This document shows, piece by piece, positions 57,201 through 64,000 of a stretch of 64,000 nucleotides of DNA. The notes beneath the pieces were generated by a model, which did no database searches, was not told where the DNA came from, and worked only from the letters and a program-made list of their open reading frames with translations. Position 1 is the first letter of the stretch. Every line of letters starts with the position of its first letter. This DNA comes from Diplonema japonicum (taxonomy: Eukaryota; Protista; Euglenozoa: Diplonemea): contig OZ025718.1 in NCBI GenBank assembly GCA_964019335.1, positions 428,323 to 492,322 of the forward strand, written 5' to 3'. The translations under genes and the position numbers were made by a program.

Positions 57201-60200
57201 TCGTACCTGAAGAAAGGCGGCCAGGTGGGGGTATCGGTCCCTGCTGGAATGGAGGCGGCTATACACACCATCAGGCAGTATGTGGACAGGGAACGGGGCA
57301 ACAAGCAGGAAAACAAGGTGATCCTCAAGATCGACTCCGCCAACGCCTTCAACAGTGTTTGTCGGAGGCAGCTGTGCTCACAGGCCTATGAGCAAGCGTC
57401 GGGGCTGTATGCGTGGGCCGATTGGTGCTACAGGGTGCCCTCCCAATTATACTACAACGGAAAGGTGATTAAGTCCCAGGAAGGGGTGCAACAGGGGGAC
57501 CCGATGGGACCGCTGCTGTTCTCTCTGGCCATCCAACCCCTGGTGAACAAGATAAGTGAAGACTGCAACCTGGACATCCTCCAGTTCTACCTGGACGATG
57601 GCGTCCTTGTGGGGAATGTGGATGAAGTGAGAAAGGCGTACAACATCTTGTGTGAGCTGAGCGGAATGATAGGGCTGAAAGTGAAACCCCAGAAGTGCGA
57701 GCTCATATGGGTTAGTGGCGACCTCCCCCAGACAGTGGAGGACACAGGCTTCGATGGCCTGACAGAAGAGAATTTCCACAAAGAGAGGAACTTCATGCTC
57801 CTGGGGGCGCCGATAGGATCGCCGGAGTACACGCAAGCCTTTCTGAACAAACGCTTGGACGCGCTGGAAGAGAACTTCGACATGCTGACCAAGGTGGGGA
57901 GGCAGACAGGGTACACACTTCTCCGGTATTGCAGCTCATACAGCAAACTGGTGTTTTACATGAGAGTGGTCCCAGACTCGCATGTGGGAGGGGTCATGCA
58001 CAGGTTCGACGAGATGGTGCGGAAGACGATGTCGAAGGTGTGCGGCATGCAGTTCGAGAACGGGTCGAAAGAATGGCAGCAGGCGAAACTGTCCGTAAAA
58101 GTCGGTGGGCTTGGGATGAGGAGCTGCCAGGAGCACCTGCGCGCGGCCAACATGGCTTCGAGGGCGTCGACGATGAAGCTGTGCAAGGAGCTGGATCCCA
58201 AATACGAACATGGGCTGGAAGGGGGTGTATGGGGGAGCTGGCTCGAGTGGTTCAACAGGACGAAGGGCGGCATGCAGATTACACCCGACATGGTGGCCAA
58301 GGCCCCCCACATCTGCAGCCAGAGGTGGCTCTCTAGGGTGCTTGATGAGAAGGCGCTGGAGGACCTCTTGGCGAAAGCAGATGCACGCTCGAGAGCGAGG
58401 TTGATGTCGGAGTCAATGCACTATGCGGGGGCGTGGTTGACGGCGACGCCTGACTTCTACAACCAGCTGTCGGACAACGAGTTTGGGGCTCTGATCAAGT
58501 GGTGGTTGGGGGCTCCGGTCTACAAGCAGGGTGAGAGCTGCCACGACCCGAGGTGCAAGACTGAGGGGATGGACGTATGGGGTGACCATGCCCAGGGATG
58601 CGGCAACGCCAGGATTGCGAGGCACGACCGGGTGAAGGAGACCATCCACAGACACTGTCAGTGGGCCGGGGTGAGCGCAACGATGGAGAAGACGGGGCTG
58701 ATCCCGGGGTCGTCCCAGCGCCCGGCGGACGTGTTCTTCCCAGGTGGGGTGGGGGGTTCCCGCCCAATGGCTATGGACGTGGTCATCGTGCACCCGAGGA
58801 ACGAGTCTTGTGTCAACCAGGCGGCGAAGACTGCGGGGTACGCAGCGGCGAAGGCGGAACACTACAAGCGCCAGAAGTATGAGGCGGAGCTCGCCAAGAC
58901 ACGCGTGGCCTTTGTACCTTTCGCGATGGAGACCTTTGGGGGGTTCGGGGAGGCAGCAGTCTACCTCACGAAGAAACTGTCCAGGAGCATAGCTGCGCGG
59001 GCTCACGGGGACAGAGTCTCGATACACAGGCGTGTGGTCCAAGAGGTGCCAACGGCCATGATGAGATCGATAGCAGGGGCGCTGTTAGTCAAAGGGCCTG
59101 TACAGTTGGATCCAGGGCCCCCGGTACCGGACGGCGAAGAGGAAAAAAAGGACAACGAGGAAGCGAACAACGAACCCAACACTGAATCCAACACTGACCT
59201 CACAGAGGACTCCTTCGGCAATGAAAAAACCACCGAAGCTGAGGAGTCGTCCGAGAGGGAAGTGAAGGGACAGGGGGGCGGACCCCCAATCACGGTGGCC
59301 CACCAGCTGGATGCCCTTCTGGAGCAGACGAAGAAGGACCTGGACGCCCGAATGCAGCAGCAGCGAAAGGCGGAACCGGTGGAGGGTGGAACACAAGGGA
59401 AAGCGGGAGCAGGACTCGAAGCAGCCTCGCCGGGAGGAGAAGACACGGAGATGGCCGGAACAGGATCCAGCGAGAGGGCTGGGCAGGGAGGGGAGCTTGA
59501 CCCGAAGGCCCAGGAAGATGGGAAGAGACAAGGGGCGACTGACGCTGCGGTGAACCAGACCTTGGACCAGTGTCCTAAGGGGGATACGGAGGCCCAGAGG
59601 GACTCGAACAAGGGGGACCAGAGTGCGACAACTGCTACGAGGAAGATGACCGTGAGCGAATTCTGTAGGGAACAAGCTGCGAAGAGACAGGGCGGTGGGA
59701 GGACTCTGAAGCCGCAGGCGGATGACGCCCCCGAAGGGACCAAAGAGGGCGGGAACGCACCGAGCGGAGGCAGCCAGTCGGGGCCTGACACACCTAGGGG
59801 TGGGATCCAGACGCCGGAGGGAGATCAGCTGATGGGAGTCGGGGCACCGGAAAGGGAACAGCAGGTGGAAGTAGGGGGAGACTTCGTTCAGCTTGACCCG
59901 ATTGATGTGGTGATGGGCATCCCAATTCCGAGAGCGATGGTGCCACTGAGGGCGAGGCCGGGGGACCGACTGCTCAAGTTCATCATCCAGTTCGAGGGCC
60001 GGGTGGAGATCATCCTTGAAGAAGGAACGGACCCTGGAAGGGAGAGGACTGAGGAGATGCTTCTTGCGAAGGCCGAGTCGCTGGGTGTTCCACTGGAGGT
60101 GGCTATGGCTGGCCAGATTGGTATCGCTGGACTTGGATACATGATGGTAAAGCAGTACTTCGCAAGCTTGGAAGGTGGGTCGGACGGAGAGCGCCGCAGC

Positions 60201-61879
60201 CGCATTGTGGGTTGTGAGGTGCAGAAGTCGGAAACATACCGCGAGTTCGAGTTCCCGAGGACGGTCCAGGATTTCCAGATCACGTACGCGTGTGGGTGTT
60301 CGGCGGTGCAACCTGTTCGTTTCAAGGGTGGCGTGCTCAAGGGGACTCTGGAAACGGCATGGAGGGTGGTCAAGTTGCAGACCCGGGGGTGCAGACACCA
60401 CCCGACACCGGGGAAGGAAGGGGTAGTGGGCATTGCGGCGGGAGCCGGCGCTACCAAGGTGACACTACGTGAGTTCTTGGAGAGGTGCGACGCAAGGATA
60501 AGGGCCCCAGTGGGAAAGGTCAAGGACCTGATCAAAGTGAAGGCGTGGGTGAGGGATGGAAGGAAGGTCACCCTCGACGTCTACGAGGGGAGGGGGCCCT
60601 GCGAGAAGGAGACGAGGCGCACTGTCCAGGACCATCTGCGGAAGATGGGTGTTGAAGAGGTCGACCTGCAGTCAGCGGTGGTGACGGTCCCGGGGTTGTT
60701 CGAGGACGTCTCCTTTGAGAGGTACCTTGGGCTGTTGGCCCGGAAGAAGGAGGAAGACAGGGAGAGGCGGCCTGAGGTGGTTGCCACGGACCTCCCCACC
60801 CTGGAAGAGCTGAAGTGGAGCAAGAAGGACAAGAAGCGGGCCCGGGCCCGATCGGCCAGTCGTGGTCGAAGCCAACATATGCAGGGGTGAGCTCAAGGGG
60901 ATGACCGGGCCCCAGTTCAAGTTCTTGGCGGAGCACAGGTTGATGGAAGAGCTGGGGAGCGACGACCTGGTGCGGGACACGGTCAAGGTGCGCAACAAGG
61001 AGAACTGGGCCCCGGTGAACAGTGCGGTGGCTTGGCTGCAGCTCGAGTCGGGGAGGGCACGGGTGGGGCCCATACCCCACAAGAAGAGGTCCAAAGGCTC
61101 GCTGGCCAGATAGGCCAGCGGGGGTGTGGGGGGCTGTTCTCCCCCCCCCCGCCATAGGAAGATGTGAAACTTTTTTTTTTTTTTTTCTGAGAAAAAAAAA
61201 AGGGAAAAATAAAAGAATAGGAACAGGTGCTACAACGGCCAGGCTAGATAGAACCACTTAGATTTTTTTTTTTTTTCCTTTTTTTTTTTTTTTCTTTTTG
61301 TTTTTCCTTTTTTTTTTTTTTTTTTTTTATTTTTCTGTTTTTCTTTTTCTTTTTCTTTTTGAAGTGGAACCATCTCGGTCGACGTTTTTTTTTTTTTTTT
61401 CTTTTTTCTTTTGTGGTGATGTGTTTTTCCTGTTTTTGATTTTCTTCTTCCCCCGCTCTATGCTTTTTCGCATGGACATTGGTCACTCTGCCCCTTTCCC
61501 CTTTTTTGATTCTCCCTCTTTCCCCCTCCTAAATTTTACCCCCTGCCCCACTCATTCCTCCCTAGTATGTTTTTGAATTTGCCTCTTCTTCTTTTAAGCC
61601 TTTTTTGAGATTTTTATTTTTGAATTTTTATCATTTGGAGTTGCTTCTTCTTCTTCCCCTCTCCCTCCCATAAAGAAAAAGAGAAACCCATGCCTTCCTC
61701 CCAGGTTGGAACTTGATTGTCTGTTTTGGAATATTTTTATTTTCTCTTAAGATTTATCGTGCCTTGTGTGTCTTTTGAAGAAAAAAAAAAAAAAAAAAAA
61801 CATTCTCAAGTCCCCCTTTTTATTTATTTTCTCAAGTCCCCCTTTTTATTTATTTTCTCAAGTCCCCCTTTTTAAAAAA

Positions 61880-61913
<34 letters not shown>
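54255..61913 (+). mobile_element. RLE-type non-LTR retrotransposon (CRE/SLACS-like), probably 5'-truncated, ending in poly(A)
   Basis: RT motifs (RPIAVG, KIDSANAFN, GVQQGDPMGP, YLDD, GGLG), CCHC knuckle (CHDPRC...DHAQGC), RHD, RPAD..D and K..KY RLE motifs; T-rich 3' UTR; A33 tail at 61881-61913 abutting (CCCGCAAA)4. Confidence 0.92.
54402..61113 (+). CDS. Retrotransposon polyprotein split by apparent frameshifts (~55505, ~56460, ~60850): hydrophobic N-terminus, C2H2 Zn finger, OTU protease, C2H2 finger, RT, RLE, C-terminal extension
   Basis: Track ORFs 54284-55549, 55438-56490, 56259-60890 and 60862-61113 overlap in successive frames. OTU: DGNC (Cys codon 55594), WG and NHYE (His codon 55906). 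YLDD at 57588. Confidence 0.8.
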
Positions 61914-61915
<2 letters not shown>

Positions 61916-61947
61916 CGCAAACCCGCAAACCCGCAAACCCGCAAACC
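61914..61947 (+). repeat. (CCCGCAAA)4 satellite spacer between two elements
   Basis: Directly visible after the poly(A). Confidence 0.95.
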
Positions 61948-61982
61948 AACGATTCTAAAGCTACAGTTTCTGTACTTTATTG
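61944..61982 (+). other. Spliced-leader (mini-exon) sequence, 39 nt, retroposed copy
   Basis: AACCAACGATTCTAAAGCTACAGTTTCTGTACTTTATTG: 39 nt, ends in the euglenozoan CAGTTTCTGTACTTTATTG core and starts with the diplonemid-type AACCAACGAT. Confidence 0.9.
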
Positions 61983-62126
61983 TGGTCGTTCGTGTTCTGC
62001 TGGTGCCTGCCGCCTCTGCCTGGGTTTGCAGAGACCGCGGTTTTGGCGAACCTTGTGGCCCTCAAGAAGAACGACAGGGACGTGCGGCCCATAGCCGTTG
62101 GGGATGTGCTGCGTCGGCTGGTGGGG

Positions 62127-62161
62127 AACGATTCTAAAGCTACAGTTTCTGTACTTTATTG
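62127..62161 (+). other. Second spliced-leader copy, nt 5-39 only
   Basis: AACGATTCTAAAGCTACAGTTTCTGTACTTTATTG followed by the same 5' UTR as copy 1. Confidence 0.9.
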
Positions 62162-62333
62162 GTCGTTCGTGTTCTGCTGGTGCCTGCCGCCTCTGCCTGG
62201 GTTTGCTGCTGCGTCCGTCGTCCGTCGTCGCCGTCGTCCGGGGGGGTTGTTTTGCCTGTCGGCCTGCCCGCCGCTTACCGAAAGGATCCCCTCCCCCAAC
62301 ACACACTTTAAAAAAAAATAAAAAAAATAAAAA

Positions 62334-64000
62334 ATGGATCCAAGACGGAATGCAAGAGGAGGTGACCGCGCAAACCGCAGGGAGAAGGAACCCCGACAGG
62401 CCGCCAGGCTGCACACGACGCCAGGGCCGACCCAACCAGACTATCTGGTTGGGCAGTATGAATCCCCACCCCCACCCCCTAGATCCCCCCACCCCCCTTT
62501 AGAAAAAAAAAATAAAATAAAAAAATCACTAGCAGAGACCGCGGTTTTGACCGCCGCTGCTACAGCCACGGCCGCCCCAGCCGCCCTGAACGCCGCAGCC
62601 GACCCTGCCGCCCTGATCGCCGCAACTGAGACCGCCGCAGCCGCCCCTGCCGCAGCCACGACCGCCGCGACCACGACCCCTGCAGCCGACCCTGCTATTG
62701 TTGAAGAGGGAAGAAAAGAGGGAGAAAAAAAGGGGTGGGTACTGGTGTATGGTGAACACCCTCCCGGGTTGAGGACGGGCCCGGCCCCTGCCTTCCCGAA
62801 AGCCCTGCTTTCAGGAAAGTGGGAGGCCCTGTCTGGGAACTCAGGGAGGGAGACCCTCCAATACGGGTACCGGTGGGAGGGGACGAACGCCAAGGTGCGC
62901 CCCACCACGGGGATCCCAGGGGGGGCGGAGGGGTGGGTGAGGGAGGTGGCCGCCGCCGCAGGGCTCGAGGTGGTCCCCAACCAGGTACTTGTCAACAAGT
63001 ACAAGTCTGGTTGTGGGATTGCCGCCCACAAGGACGACGCGAGGCTGGGACCGATTGTCCTAGTCCTCTCGTACGGAGCCGAGACCACAATGGTCATGAG
63101 GAGGGGGGACAGGGTGGCGAAATACCTGGTGCCCCCCTTCTCATGGGCATTGTTGGAAGGTGGAGCGAGACACCAGTGGACGCACCACATCCCGTCCGGG
63201 ATGTCCACTGGTGTCAGGGTGTCGATCACCCTGCGTGCGGTAGGCCCCAAGCTCACCCGCACACCCCAGGAAGACCCATCCCCTGGGTTAACAGACGAAC
63301 CCCCTTTTTTAGATCCCCTTTTTTGTGGGCAAGGGGGGGTGGCACTCCCAAGAGAGGATAGTGCCCCACCCGCCCCCCTTTTTTTTTTAGAACCCTCTTC
63401 GGAGGAAAACAGACCCTCTTCGGAGGAAAATAGAGAGAAAGGGGAAGAGGTGGCACTCCCGAGAGAGGGTGGTGCTCCTCCCCCCCATTTGTCCCCCCCT
63501 TTTTCATTTTTAGAGCCCTCTCCAGAGGAACCCTCCACGGAGGTAAAAAACAGACCCTCTTCGGAGGAAAACAGAGAGAGAGGGGAAGAGGTGGCACTCC
63601 CGAGAGAGGGTAGTGTTCCTCCCCCCCATTCGTCCCCCCCTTTTTCTTTTATAGAGCCCTCTCCAGAGGGACCCTCCACGGAGGTGAAAAACAGACCCTC
63701 TTCGGAGGAAAAAAAGGCAGAGGGAGAGACAGCACGCCCGAGAGAAGGTAGTGCCCCTCCCTCTCTGCCCCCCATTTTTTCTGGACCCTCTACGGAGGTG
63801 TACACCCTGGTCCCCAAGGGCCGGGGGCTTCCGCAAACCCGCAAACCCGCAAACCCGCAAACCCGCAAACCCGCAAACCCGCAAACCCGCAAACCCGCAA
63901 ACCCGCAAACCCGCAAACCCGCAAACCCGCAAACCCGCAAACCCGCAAACCCGCAAACCCGCAAACCCGCAAACCCGCAAACCCGCAAACCCGCAAACCC
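62334..64000 (+). CDS. AlkB-family 2OG-Fe(II) dioxygenase domain protein; no stop codon, runs into the satellite at 63831
   Basis: Manual translation from ATG 62334: MDPRRNARGG...RETLQYGY...PNQVLVNKYKSGCGIAAHKDDARLGPIVLVLSYG...ARHQWTHHIP...RVSITLR. All AlkB motifs are present: NxY 62994-63002, HxD 63027-63035, distal H 63183, RxSxTxR 63216-63236. Confidence 0.88.
   Translation, partial: MDPRRNARGGDRANRREKEPRQAARLHTTPGPTQPDYLVGQYESPPPPPRSPHPPLEKKNKIKKSLAETAVLTAAATATAAPAALNAAADPAALIAATETAAAAPAAATTAATTTPAADPAIVEEGRKEGEKKGWVLVYGEHPPGLRTGPAPAFPKALLSGKWEALSGNSGRETLQYGYRWEGTNAKVRPTTGIPGGAEGWVREVAAAAGLEVVPNQVLVNKYKSGCGIAAHKDDARLGPIVLVLSYGAETTMVMRRGDRVAKYLVPPFSWALLEGGARHQWTHHIPSGMSTGVRVSITLRAVGPKLTRTPQEDPSPGLTDEPPFLDPLFCGQGGVALPREDSAPPAPLFFLEPSSEENRPSSEENREKGEEVALPREGGAPPPHLSPPFSFLEPSPEEPSTEVKNRPSSEENRERGEEVALPREGSVPPPHSSPPFSFIEPSPEGPSTEVKNRPSSEEKKAEGETARPREGSAPPSLPPIFSGPSTEVYTLVPKGRGLPQTRKPANPQTRKPANPQTRKPANPQTRKPANPQTRKPANPQTRKPANPQTRKPAN
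63339..63800 (+). repeat. 141-bp (47-codon) tandem repeats within the AlkB ORF, ~3.5 degenerate units
   Basis: GTGGCACTCCCGAGAGAGGG recurs at 63450 and 63591; encodes VALPREG...EPSPE..STEVKNRPSSEE. Confidence 0.85.
63831..64000 (+). repeat. Perfect (CCGCAAAC)n array, at least 21 units, open at window end
   Basis: Directly visible; the reverse complement is (TTTGCGGG)n. Confidence 0.97.

Larger units (their letters stand above)
61944..63830 (+). mobile_element. SL-headed, AlkB-encoding retroposed element bounded by CCCGCAAA repeats
   Basis: SL + 5' UTR + A-run + ATG ORF, flanked on both sides by the satellite and in the same orientation as the upstream RT element. Confidence 0.72.

Noticed and set aside
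54271-60654. LTR pair from the 131-bp direct repeat
   Set aside because: The second copy is inside the ORF, 1.2 kb before the poly(A); no TG..CA ends, integrase or PBS.
61944-62260. Functional SL RNA genes, or classic SLACS-type insertion into an SL gene
   Set aside because: No GTA-type donor, Sm-like site or T-tract terminator, no split SL at the 5' side of element 1, and the SL leads into a UTR and ORF. Not fully excluded without the real SL gene.
62790-63240. JBP/TET thymidine hydroxylase assignment
   Set aside because: The QYGY, NxY, HxD, LSxG, WxH and RxSxTxR spacing fits AlkB/ALKBH-type enzymes better.
62441-63988. 515-aa minus-strand ORF starting with (RVCGFAGL)n
   Set aside because: Shadow of the satellite and of the + strand AlkB ORF; it has no motifs of its own.

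Overview
Eukaryotic nuclear DNA, very probably from a diplonemid (Euglenozoa). The evidence is a GIM5/PEX11-type glycosomal/peroxisomal gene, a diplonemid-type 39-nt spliced-leader (SL) sequence, 18 genes in a row on one strand, and many cis-introns. Positions 1-46.7 kb form a unidirectional minus-strand gene cluster with very short GT-AG introns (mostly 31-36 nt, C/A-rich or poly(A)-filled). The genes are a UBL protein, MPP-alpha, a bacterial-type fused PyrBI, ArgRS, RWDD1, an ankyrin protein, a CCAR1/DBC1-like protein, a SAM protein, CPT1, a mucin-like multipass protein, DDX56, DDX1, membrin, NPHP4, GIM5 and hypotheticals. Positions 47.1-53.6 kb are a non-coding repeat block with a ~1.6-kb-arm inverted repeat, bracketed by a 45-bp direct repeat. 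Positions 53.8-64 kb are a (CCCGCAAA)n-associated retroelement array on the + strand. It holds a CRE/SLACS-like non-LTR element (hydrophobic N-terminus, Zn fingers, OTU protease, RT, RLE nuclease, long C-terminal extension, poly(A)). A second, SL-headed element follows. Its ORF (62334 to window end, absent from the supplied ORF track because it has no stop) encodes an AlkB-type 2OG-Fe(II) dioxygenase, and its 5' end carries an exact 84-nt piece of the first element's RT. This satellite-targeted RT/OTU element plus an SL-headed AlkB passenger is the best candidate for an undescribed system. All assignments come from motif recognition by eye; no searches were run.
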